64,000 nt of DNA, taken from an uncultured virus (IMG/VR IMGVR_UViG_3300023174_000160). Taxonomy: Duplodnaviria > Heunggongvirae > Uroviricota > Caudoviricetes. The first letter of the stretch is position 1; the number at the start of each line of letters is the position of its first letter. Position numbers and translations under genes: made by a program. The notes below the pieces were generated by a model that was given only the letters and a program-made list of their open reading frames with translations, was not told where the DNA came from and did not search any database. Location of the stretch: IMG/VR virus record IMGVR_UViG_3300023174_000160; one strand, written 5' to 3'. Below, in pieces: positions 10,503-18,373 of this stretch.

Positions 10503-10696
10503 TATTGCGTGTTGTTGCTGTGTTTGTTGCCTTTAGTGGCAGCGCCCGTGCCGCGAGTCTTCACGGTTTGGGTTTTGTCGATGCTTTCCGGGTATCCATT
10601 ACCACCCAAGTCCACCGAGTATTCTTTCGGCTGAACGTACTTCTCCAGCGGGTTCGGGGTAGTAGCAGGGAAATATTCAAACTTATCGGAGTTCAT
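10502..10696 (-). CDS. Small hypothetical protein
   Basis: Start MNSDK; C-terminal RGTGAATKG motif. Confidence 0.65.
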   Translation of the reverse strand: MNSDKFEYFPATTPNPLEKYVQPKEYSVDLGGNGYPESIDKTQTVKTRGTGAATKGNKHSNNTQ

Positions 10697-10706
10697 ATTT
10701 GCTCTC

Positions 10707-10871
10707 TTACCGGCCACGGCCGGTGCTGCGCTGGTTCATGACTCGGGCCATATTGCGGCCGTACTTCTTCATATCAGCAGTGGCAACGCCGCCTTTTTTC
10801 ATACCGTGCATGCGCTTTTCGTGAGCTTTGACTTCCACGTCAGCAATTTTTTTAACAGTCTTCTTGTCCAT
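10707..10871 (-). CDS. Small basic protein, 54 aa (not in ORF track)
   Basis: MDKKTVKK...HGMKKGGVAT...GRGR; RBS GGAG. Confidence 0.7.
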   Translation of the reverse strand: MDKKTVKKIADVEVKAHEKRMHGMKKGGVATADMKKYGRNMARVMNQRSTGRGR

Positions 10872-10880
10872 GAAGCACTC

Positions 10881-11267
10881 CTAATTTGTTGTTACTGTTA
10901 CTGTTCCTACTTGCCCTTCAGCAAGAAGGTTGTTTGGGATGGGTAGGTCTAAAGAATTATTAAATCCTACAGGGTCCCACCCCCACTGAATTATTCTACT
11001 GCCCTCACCAATGGTGCCTGTTGCTGTTAATCCTGACTGGTAATAACTCACATCAGGTCTAGGATTTCTTACTGCTTGCGGGTCGTTGACCGGGTACAAA
11101 CCTAAAGATAACTGCGGTTGGTCAGGTTCCCAACAGGTTGGGCATACGAGTATGTTAATGTTTTTTGTCTTAATAACCAACCGCTTTAGTTGTTTTAGCT
11201 TATACCTAAAGCCGCAACGGTCGCACTCCGCAATACTGTTCTTGCCGGACGAAAACTTCGAGGCCAT
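10881..11267 (-). CDS. Zn-ribbon virion-associated protein
   Basis: CDRCG...CPTC, DPQAVRNPRPD. Confidence 0.7.
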   Translation of the reverse strand: MASKFSSGKNSIAECDRCGFRYKLKQLKRLVIKTKNINILVCPTCWEPDQPQLSLGLYPVNDPQAVRNPRPDVSYYQSGLTATGTIGEGSRIIQWGWDPVGFNNSLDLPIPNNLLAEGQVGTVTVTTN

Positions 11268-12023
11268 TTACCAACCACCGCCACCAACATACCCAACACG
11301 GGGCGCCAGTCTAATAGCTGCCTTCTCGCGGTCTTCGTCTGCAGCGAGTTGAAATTGTTGTTCGTAATCAGATTTAAGCATCTCGATGCGGTTCATAGCA
11401 TCGGGGATTTTCATAGACATGTAGTAAGCCAGCCCAGCAACCATAGCCGGCAAGAACCGGAACGGGATGTCTTGAGTAGTAACGCCGTTGCCTGCGTCCT
11501 GAATCCGGCGCATGCGCCAGTAGATAAACGTGTAGTAGTTATCCAAGTTGGCTGTCGGCCAAATATTAATCTTAGGACTATCTACGCCGGTAATCGGATT
11601 TGTTCCTGCAGGCTGGCCCCCGACCGGATAAGTAGCACCCGACTGGCGGTTAATCCACACCTGAATCGGGCGGCCTTGGGCGTTTTTATTAGGAATCATT
11701 GCGTACGTAGATTCGGAAATACGCGTGATGTTGATGTCGATTTGGTTCTGGCCGGTGCCGTTACGGATAACGTGGTCAAGCAGGTCAATAGTGTCCGCCG
11801 GAATGTCGTAGGCGATGGTGCCTTGAGTTAGCGGAATGCTACCTTGCTCAATAGTCCAGAGGTTGATGCCTCGGTTTGCCCACTCAATAGTCAGCAGATT
11901 CAACGACCTACGTGCAGTACGCATATCATAGCCGGTACGCAGTTCAGCACCGCAACGCTCAAAAGCTTCTTCTACAAGGCTGTTGAGGTCTAGATTAAAT
12001 CCTGTTGTGCCGGAAGTGGTCAT
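11268..12023 (-). CDS. Putative tail/adaptor protein, 251 aa
   Basis: EEAFERCG...ARRSLNL...WANRGINLW, PFRFLPAMVAGLAY. Confidence 0.7.
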   Translation of the reverse strand: MTTSGTTGFNLDLNSLVEEAFERCGAELRTGYDMRTARRSLNLLTIEWANRGINLWTIEQGSIPLTQGTIAYDIPADTIDLLDHVIRNGTGQNQIDINITRISESTYAMIPNKNAQGRPIQVWINRQSGATYPVGGQPAGTNPITGVDSPKINIWPTANLDNYYTFIYWRMRRIQDAGNGVTTQDIPFRFLPAMVAGLAYYMSMKIPDAMNRIEMLKSDYEQQFQLAADEDREKAAIRLAPRVGYVGGGGW

Positions 12024-13447
12024 TTGTTTTTCAACTGCTTCTTGAGTTTAGAGGTCATGCCCTTGTGGACAATAATCGCGCCACCTTTGGCTTTTTTGCT
12101 GGATTTAGAGCCTGTGAAAATAGATGCCGGTGCCGGGGCAGGTGCTGCCGCTGCTGGTTGGAAAATAGACGCCGGAGATGCTCTAGGTGCGGGTGCGGGG
12201 GCGGGTGCCGGGGCGGGTCTAGGGGCAGAAGCTGCTGGTGCAGGTGCCGGGGCGGGTGCTGGTGCCGAAGTTGTTGGTGCTGGAGCTGGGGTTGCCGCAA
12301 CAGGCGCGGAATATACTTTGGCTTTACCCATCTGAGTTTGGGTAGTCTTTTGGTCCGTTTTGATTTGCGCTGCTTGTTTGTTTGCGGTTTCTAGAGCAGC
12401 ATTAGCAGCCTTCATTTGCTCAGGCGTTTTAGCATTTTTTACATCTTTTTTAGCTTGGGCAATATCTTTTGAAGCCGTAGTTGCGCTTGCTTTGTACAAC
12501 GAATCAATTTGGCTCTTGTTAAGGCCCGATAGCTGGTCCGTAGTAAAGTTTTTATATGTGCTGTACTGATACTTTTCCTTGCCAGTAGCGGGGTCAATCT
12601 TTGCGGCGGCGGCCGCGGCGGCGTCAGCGGAAGCTTGCTGTCCTTTTTGTATATCTTCATTAGAAAGCGTCGCATTTCCGGGAACAAATGCTTGGGAGCC
12701 TACGCCTGTAGCCTCTCTACCGGGGTCAAATTTACTAATAACTTCGCCAGTATCTGTAAGTTCAGAATCCGCAGCGGGTTTGGCGCCCGCTTGTTGTTGG
12801 CTAATCAGTTTATCTAGCCGTTCCTGAAGCGCCGCTATTTGGTCAGAACCGTCCGCGGGTTTAGCACCGGCTTGTTGTTGGTTAACTAACTTATCTAGCT
12901 GCGCTTGAAGCGCAGCAAATTGGTCAGAGTTCGCTGTAGATTTGGCCTCAGCTTGCTGCTGCGGCTGTTGTTGATACTGCGGTTGGTACTGCTGTTGGAA
13001 AAACTGAGGTTGGTAGCCATACCCACCGTACGGGTCATATGAACCATAAGGGTTATATCCACTGCCGCCGCCCTTGCCGCCAAAAGGATTTTGGAATGTA
13101 TCTTGGGGTTGGTATTGCGGTTGGAATGTATCTTGCGCTTGGTATTGCGATTGGTCTTGGGTCTGCTGGGTATTGTCCCCGGGCAGGGTAGCGGAGGGGT
13201 CCATGAGGGCTGACAGCCGGTTCATGTTGTACCCAAAAATATTAGGGCCGGTTGGCTGATATTTTTGCGGCGGTTGAAATTTAGTGGTGGACGACTGAGA
13301 TGGTTGTTGAAGCCGGGGCGGGGTGCCCGTACCGCCGCCTTTGCCGCCGTATTGTTGGCCCATAGACTGAGATTGGCCTGTGGTTGTAGGGGATGCACCA
13401 ATACCGGTGTTCCCTTGAGACTGTCCGAATCCTCCGCCCATACCCAT
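12020..13447 (-). CDS. Low-complexity Q/G/Y- and P/A-rich protein, 475 aa
   Basis: Long ORF coupled to both neighbours; internal repeats. Confidence 0.7.
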   Translation of the reverse strand: MGMGGGFGQSQGNTGIGASPTTTGQSQSMGQQYGGKGGGTGTPPRLQQPSQSSTTKFQPPQKYQPTGPNIFGYNMNRLSALMDPSATLPGDNTQQTQDQSQYQAQDTFQPQYQPQDTFQNPFGGKGGGSGYNPYGSYDPYGGYGYQPQFFQQQYQPQYQQQPQQQAEAKSTANSDQFAALQAQLDKLVNQQQAGAKPADGSDQIAALQERLDKLISQQQAGAKPAADSELTDTGEVISKFDPGREATGVGSQAFVPGNATLSNEDIQKGQQASADAAAAAAAKIDPATGKEKYQYSTYKNFTTDQLSGLNKSQIDSLYKASATTASKDIAQAKKDVKNAKTPEQMKAANAALETANKQAAQIKTDQKTTQTQMGKAKVYSAPVAATPAPAPTTSAPAPAPAPAPAASAPRPAPAPAPAPAPRASPASIFQPAAAAPAPAPASIFTGSKSSKKAKGGAIIVHKGMTSKLKKQLKNK

Positions 13448-13448
13448 A

Positions 13449-13856
13449 TTACAAATCCTTTAAAATCATCATGTGGTCTGGTTTATACCCACGATTTTTA
13501 AGTTTGCTTCTGCTCCAGCCAATCCGGCCAGAAAACGTAAGCATATCGCAGCCCTGTGACCTAGCCCAACTAAACACAGACTCTTCCATATTGATTAGTT
13601 CATCAATATTGCCACCCGCTAGAAAAATATGAATCGACTTTCTTTTGGGGTAGTTAATGAGCTGCGAGACTAGCGCTGTTTCTCTGGCCGGCCACAACTG
13701 CAGCTCACCTTTGGAAATCTGGTCCGCCACGTCCTGTAACTCATGCGTCCCGTTACAATATTCCAACGCGTCACTAATATACTTCTCACACTCTTTGAAC
13801 TTCACCGCCCATTCAGGCATGGTTCCGTCCTCGTCCCGATACCGCTCGTAGTCCAT
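13449..13856 (-). CDS. Possible GNAT-fold protein, 135 aa
   Basis: IHIFLAGG...WARSQGCDMLTFSGRIGW pattern. Confidence 0.5.
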   Translation of the reverse strand: MDYERYRDEDGTMPEWAVKFKECEKYISDALEYCNGTHELQDVADQISKGELQLWPARETALVSQLINYPKRKSIHIFLAGGNIDELINMEESVFSWARSQGCDMLTFSGRIGWSRSKLKNRGYKPDHMMILKDL

Positions 13857-14114
13857 TTATTTCCCCGTGTTTCTAAAAGATTTGGTCTTTTTAGAGATAC
13901 TTTTTGGTTGTGCTACGAATTGCTTTCCTGCTCTTTTTCCCGCTCTCTTCGCTCTAGTCGTTGCAGCATATTCTGACGGAGATAACGACTTAATTGCCGC
14001 CTCCGGAAGATATCGCTCTCCGGTTGCTTTGGGGCCTTGCGTTGACGGCTTACCACTTTTAGTTCTCCACTTCTGCTCCGTCCAAGCCTTTAGGCTCTGT
14101 TGGGGCTTCTTCAT
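13857..14114 (-). CDS. Small basic phage protein
   Basis: QQSLKAWTEQKWRTKSGK...ERYLP. Confidence 0.7.
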   Translation of the reverse strand: MKKPQQSLKAWTEQKWRTKSGKPSTQGPKATGERYLPEAAIKSLSPSEYAATTRAKRAGKRAGKQFVAQPKSISKKTKSFRNTGK

Positions 14115-14115
14115 A

Positions 14116-14397
14116 TCAATCCTTATACCCGCCGCCACGCTTTTTGTACTGCAGTGCCAGCATCTGTGCTTTGCGGGCCGACCATTGCCCCGGGGAGCCG
14201 CCTTTACCGCCAGCCTTGATGCTATTAAACAACGACTTGCGCATGCTTGGCTTGGTGTAATTACCGGCTTCGTTGACTTTGCTTAGCCCGCCCTTCTTAT
14301 ACTGAGTTACTTCGTTGGGGTTATCCTTGCGCTGAATGGTCTTAGCCTTCGGCATCTTGGAAGGTTTGATACAACCCATGCCGCGACTAGCTCTCAT
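14116..14397 (-). CDS. Small basic phage protein
   Basis: GNYTKP-MRK...GQWSARKAQMLA. Confidence 0.7.
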   Translation of the reverse strand: MRASRGMGCIKPSKMPKAKTIQRKDNPNEVTQYKKGGLSKVNEAGNYTKPSMRKSLFNSIKAGGKGGSPGQWSARKAQMLALQYKKRGGGYKD

Positions 14398-14804
14398 ACC
14401 ATCCGACCTTTAGTTTTACCGCGTTGTGCGCAACCATCACCGCGCTTGGATGCAGAGCTAACTGAACCGCCTTTTTTCATACCGTGGACTTTATCGCGAC
14501 GGTTAACTGCTCTTTCCATTAAACGTAACGCTTCAACATCTCCTGCACCCAAACGCTTAGCCATAGTTTTTGAGTCCGGGTCAGAAGCGCCTTTGTTTTT
14601 CTCGTAAAGGCTACGCATACCTTCAACATCAGAATTAAAAGCTTTCTGTGCGCCTCGGGCAGTATTCATTCCTTTGGTATACGCCTCTGGATAATCTGCG
14701 TACGAGTACCCGGCAAACGGGTCTTCTTTTTTCTTTCCCTTCTTACTAACCGTAGGCGGTCCAGTCAAATCTCCCAAACCTTCAGCACCAAAATCTTTAG
14801 CCAT
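14394..14804 (-). CDS. Basic protein with MKKGG motif
   Basis: Ends MKKGGSVSSASKRGDGCAQRGKTKGRMV. Confidence 0.7.
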   Translation of the reverse strand: MAKDFGAEGLGDLTGPPTVSKKGKKKEDPFAGYSYADYPEAYTKGMNTARGAQKAFNSDVEGMRSLYEKNKGASDPDSKTMAKRLGAGDVEALRLMERAVNRRDKVHGMKKGGSVSSASKRGDGCAQRGKTKGRMV

Positions 14805-14813
14805 GATTACGCC

Positions 14814-15479
14814 TTAAATGATTTTGCCCTTGGTCTTACCTTTTTTGGTAACACCGTCAGCAGCGCGGACATAACCGCCACCGGCCATGCACTTCACTCG
14901 GCCGCCCTTCTTCATGTTCATCGAACCCAAATCCTTAGCAGTCGGCAGTTCCTTCTTAACGCCACCAGCCTTCATGCCACAGACCTTGCCACCTTTTTTC
15001 ATAGCGGGAGCGGGAGCAAATTGGCTCATGTCAACGCCCTTAGGAGTACGGGTGCGGTCCATTGGCGCCATAGTTTCACCCGCAGAAGCGGCTTTTTTAG
15101 CGGCGTCGGCTTTTTGAGTAGCGGCTTTAAAGGCGGCGGCCTTGTCTGTGGCGGGTTTAGCTGCAGGGGCAGCGGCCTTACGGGCACCCATACCAAACAT
15201 TCCCATGCCGGGTTTAGCGCCGCCTTTTTTCATGCCGGCTTCAGCCTTCTCGTGCTTAACCATCGACTTCGGGGCGCCCTTAGCCTTCATAAAATCTACT
15301 TCCTTCTTAACCATCTTCTTGGATTCAGCCATTTCACCACCTCGTTTAAATTGTTTGCCTTTATCGGCTTTGTTAAATTCTTTCCCAACACTTTGCGGGA
15401 TACCGACCTTCTTGGCAAACTTCGGGTTATGAGCCACCGCTGCCATAAGGTTATGTTGCTTTTTACTTACGCTAGGCAT
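14814..15479 (-). CDS. Basic protein with multiple MKKGG motifs
   Basis: MPSVSKKQHNLMAAVAHNP start; six phi-x-x-GG motifs. Confidence 0.75.
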   Translation of the reverse strand: MPSVSKKQHNLMAAVAHNPKFAKKVGIPQSVGKEFNKADKGKQFKRGGEMAESKKMVKKEVDFMKAKGAPKSMVKHEKAEAGMKKGGAKPGMGMFGMGARKAAAPAAKPATDKAAAFKAATQKADAAKKAASAGETMAPMDRTRTPKGVDMSQFAPAPAMKKGGKVCGMKAGGVKKELPTAKDLGSMNMKKGGRVKCMAGGGYVRAADGVTKKGKTKGKII

Positions 15480-15483
15480 AATT

Positions 15484-15744
15484 TCAACACTTCCAAGCTT
15501 TTAAGGACAGAGCTTTTCTAGTCGGCTTGCCTTTTTCGTCCTTCATCGCCCCCGGCATACCGGACATACGAGCACAGAACGATTTACGGCGAGCTGCGTC
15601 CTTCTTTGTTTTAGGGTTAGGCGCCGGCGGTTTCAAACCCGGCTTGCCCGGATTAGCAGCGTTATAAGAGGCACGGCCCTTGGCGTTCAAACCACCTTTA
15701 GGGTTCTTACCTTCCTTACGAGTCCACGCCGGAGTCTTAGCCAT
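15484..15744 (-). CDS. Small basic protein (DUF6321-like)
   Basis: AWTRKEGKNPKGGLNAKGRAS...RRKSFCARM...WKC. Confidence 0.7.
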   Translation of the reverse strand: MAKTPAWTRKEGKNPKGGLNAKGRASYNAANPGKPGLKPPAPNPKTKKDAARRKSFCARMSGMPGAMKDEKGKPTRKALSLKAWKC

Positions 15745-16526
15745 TACGCCACCAGATATCCATTTTGAATCAAGATACCGCCCGCATACATGCTGCAAGT
15801 AAACGGACTACCAGTATTTGACTTCACACAAAACTGAATGTCGGTTTTTTCCAAATGCGGAATGGGTACAGTAAACGGAATCTCTTGCTTTTGCACAAAA
15901 GTTGTTTGGTTAAGCAACGTAATAAGGCCGTTTCTATCTCCGCTATTAGTCTTGTTGTACTCCTGAGCAGTCATGTAGTTGCTAGAAGTAAACCCGATAC
16001 TTGCGTCATACTGAACATACGACAGATAGAACGTATAGCCTGCCGGCACCGTATAAATAGACATCTGGGTCTGGCCGACGCCCGCGTTAATCTTTGCGTA
16101 AGTCGAAGCGCCAATCTTTGCCGTGATGTTTCCGGTGTTGGTGCTGTTGAGCATAGACATCTGATTGATACGCAGGAACGAATTGGTCGTGGTGACGTTC
16201 GTTACCCCATTCAGCGCAATCGTTTCAACAAGCGGTACGAAGTTAGCGTCCAGCCCTTCAATCACAACCGAACGGGTCGAATTGTCAGAAGCTGAATCAC
16301 TAACCAACACTAGCGGAGCAGCAGAAGCTGGCGGGGTATACAACCCGCCGGAAAGAGTTTGTCCTTCCCACATCGGCCCCTGAGCCGTGCTACCAATAGC
16401 AGTGCTGTATCCGAAGATTTCTAGGCCGGTGTGGCCGACAACCTGCCCACGAGCCACCTGCAATTCAAATGGCTCAAACGACCCCATGCGCGTGACCGAC
16501 GACGGGACACCCATCAAGTTAGCCAT
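15744..16526 (-). CDS. Putative virion structural protein, 260 aa
   Basis: PFELQVARG, GQTQMSIYTVPAG; beta-rich. Confidence 0.7.
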   Translation of the reverse strand: MANLMGVPSSVTRMGSFEPFELQVARGQVVGHTGLEIFGYSTAIGSTAQGPMWEGQTLSGGLYTPPASAAPLVLVSDSASDNSTRSVVIEGLDANFVPLVETIALNGVTNVTTTNSFLRINQMSMLNSTNTGNITAKIGASTYAKINAGVGQTQMSIYTVPAGYTFYLSYVQYDASIGFTSSNYMTAQEYNKTNSGDRNGLITLLNQTTFVQKQEIPFTVPIPHLEKTDIQFCVKSNTGSPFTCSMYAGGILIQNGYLVA

Positions 16527-16538
16527 AATGGCCCCCGA

Positions 16539-17000
16539 TTAGACGTTCTGTTGGCCGACCAGCGGGTCTTGGACGAAGTACGTAATGTAGCCGCCGACAG
16601 TACCCGAACCCAGAGTATCGATAGTCACGGTAACATACGACAACGCCGAAACAGGCGTGCCAGTAACTGCCGAGCCAATGCTGGTGGTGCCGACAGAAGC
16701 CACGCTAAGATTGTTAGCAATAGCTGTGCCAGTAACGGCGCCAGTCGTATAATTACGCGTGCCGAGGTCGATAGAGCCAGAGCCAGCATCATTGATGCTA
16801 ACCGACAGAACAACAGCACCAGCCGGCAGAATCAGCGCCGGAGCACCAGCAGCCGAAGAAACAGTAACGTTGGTAGCCGTAGCAACCGAAGCGTCAGCGA
16901 TATAGAATTGAGCAGCCATAACGCCCGAGCCACAATAAGCAGTGCGGGTTTGGTCGCCGCCGCCCGAGCGCCAAATAGATTGAGTAGTAGACAGAGCCAT
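16539..17000 (-). CDS. Putative capsid decoration/spike protein
   Basis: RBS GAGGA before MALST; ILPAGAVV motif. Confidence 0.65.
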   Translation of the reverse strand: MALSTTQSIWRSGGGDQTRTAYCGSGVMAAQFYIADASVATATNVTVSSAAGAPALILPAGAVVLSVSINDAGSGSIDLGTRNYTTGAVTGTAIANNLSVASVGTTSIGSAVTGTPVSALSYVTVTIDTLGSGTVGGYITYFVQDPLVGQQNV

Positions 17001-17013
17001 AATATTCCTCGTG

Positions 17014-17082
17014 TTGTAGCACATCGCCGCACCGTCTCTACAAAGTCTGCTAGGTCAGTCGGTGGGGCTAAAATTCCTAGGT
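17014..17082 (-). ncRNA. Structured leader RNA with three interleaved helices (Mu-gpT-DE-like)
   Basis: CUAGG/CCUAG, GCCCCACCG/CGGUGCGGC and UUGUAG/CUACAA in double-pseudoknot order, between a promoter and an RBS. Confidence 0.6.
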
Positions 17083-17088
17083 CTTCGT

Positions 17089-17117
17089 GTTATACTACGA
17101 TGGCTTTTATCCGTCAA
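17089..17117 (-). promoter_or_regulatory. Sigma70-type promoter
   Basis: TTGACG-N17-TATAAC. Confidence 0.65.
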
Positions 17118-17132
17118 CATCAAAGGAACGTC

Positions 17133-17504
17133 ATGTTAGGAATGCGTAATAGACACGCGCCGCACATAGATTTTAGTGAACTTGCAGGGGCTATAGAGGA
17201 AAAACCTAGTTTTATACCTTCTAATATCGATATGGTTTACGAAAGAAACGGGTCGTTTCTTTTTGCGGAGTGGAAGCGGGAAGGTGAAACGTTTAGTACA
17301 GGGCAGAAAATTCTACTGTTTGCACTAAGCAAACTTCCCGGGGTCTTTGTTTTAATAATTACCGGCGACACTGACGACGGTATGAGAGTCACAAACATTC
17401 AAAAAATTACAAAAAACGGCTCACTAAAGCCCGTAGGGTCTTCTGTAGAAGACTTAAAAAATTTAGTTCGTAAATGGTACGACTTCGTAGATAGCAAACA
17501 ATAA
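17133..17504 (+). CDS. PD-(D/E)XK-like nuclease, antisense to the structural operon
   Basis: RBS AAGGA; PSNIDM...FLFAEWK...STGQK. Confidence 0.65.
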   Translation: MLGMRNRHAPHIDFSELAGAIEEKPSFIPSNIDMVYERNGSFLFAEWKREGETFSTGQKILLFALSKLPGVFVLIITGDTDDGMRVTNIQKITKNGSLKPVGSSVEDLKNLVRKWYDFVDSKQ

Positions 17505-17524
17505 AAAGGCCCCGAAGGGCCTTT
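17503..17524. terminator. Terminator between convergent genes
   Basis: AAAGGCCC-CGAA-GGGCCTTT; UUCG loop and U-tract on the minus strand. Confidence 0.8.
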
Positions 17525-17526
17525 GC

Positions 17527-17673
17527 TTACTTCTTCCAGAACGACATCCAGTCCGGCTTGGCTTGCATCTTGGTTTCGGCGTTTTTCCACGCATCCATAG
17601 CATAGCCAAATTGCGTAGCAACGATATCGCGGCAAGCGGCCGACCACTGGGCAAAAACAGTTTGGTAATCCAT
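17527..17673 (-). CDS. 48-aa amphipathic protein (not in ORF track)
   Basis: GGAGG RBS; MDYQTVFAQWSAACRDIVATQFGYAMDAWKNAETKMQAKPDWMSFWKK; terminator follows. Confidence 0.7.
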   Translation of the reverse strand: MDYQTVFAQWSAACRDIVATQFGYAMDAWKNAETKMQAKPDWMSFWKK

Positions 17674-17712
17674 AAGAACCTCCGTTGAGTTAAAAAATGC
17701 TGCAGTGCAATA

Positions 17713-18276
17713 TTAATCGTGTTTGTTGGACTTGGCAAGGTTTTCTTCTTGCGTAATAACACGCAGGTTCCAAGGCACGTGTAGGCCGCAAACGCCGTCG
17801 TTTATAAGGGGCACGATGTGGTCAACCACATACCGCTCTCCAGTAAGTTTGGTCAGGCTCTGGGCCTGTAGATAAAGCTGCCGCATCTGGAGTTTCTGTT
17901 CTTTAGTAATCCACGGCGGCGTAGCTGCGCGATGCCGACGTTTCCGCACGCTTGTAAGAGCTTTGTATAGTTCTGGGTGTTCTTGTTTGTATTTGGCTTT
18001 GTGTCCTTGTTTTTCTTCTTTAGGCCTTGCCATAGCCCTAGCTTTTACAAGCTCCTTGTTTTTTTCGTAATATCTTTTTCCCGCGGCCCTTGAAGCCTCT
18101 GATTTAGGTTTCTCTTTGCGTTTCTCGTTATCAACGGCCCAATCTTCTTTTATGCACTCAACGCACGCGCCCTTAGTTTTGCGTAACGCGATGTGTCCTC
18201 TGGTACAGGGCTTGCCTGTGAAGTAGTGGGTTGCTCCAGTTGCTTTGGCTTCCGCCCGCGTGTTTGGGTAGTTCAT
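17713..18276 (-). CDS. HNH endonuclease
   Basis: YFTGKPCTRGH...CVEC, VDHIVPL...GLHVPWNL...EN; AGGAG RBS. Confidence 0.85.
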   Translation of the reverse strand: MNYPNTRAEAKATGATHYFTGKPCTRGHIALRKTKGACVECIKEDWAVDNEKRKEKPKSEASRAAGKRYYEKNKELVKARAMARPKEEKQGHKAKYKQEHPELYKALTSVRKRRHRAATPPWITKEQKLQMRQLYLQAQSLTKLTGERYVVDHIVPLINDGVCGLHVPWNLRVITQEENLAKSNKHD

Positions 18277-18304
18277 ATCGGCTCCTGTGAATACGACACG
18301 GGGA

Positions 18305-18333
18305 ATTATATACCAATAAAAAACCCCGCGCAA
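18305..18333 (-). promoter_or_regulatory. Sigma70-type promoter for the HNH gene
   Basis: TTGCGC-N17-TATAAT overlapping the capsid terminator. Confidence 0.6.
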
Positions 18334-18342
18334 GGCGGGGTT
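18318..18342 (-). terminator. Intrinsic terminator after the capsid gene
   Basis: AACCCCGC-CTTGC-GCGGGGTTTTTT. Confidence 0.8.
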
Positions 18343-18373
18343 CCAATCAACGTAAGTTGTTGATTTATAAGGC

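Noticed and set aside
16431..17132. N-terminal extension of the 357-aa plus-strand ORF
   Set aside because: It is antisense to a real gene and the leader RNA; the likely start is 17133 with an RBS
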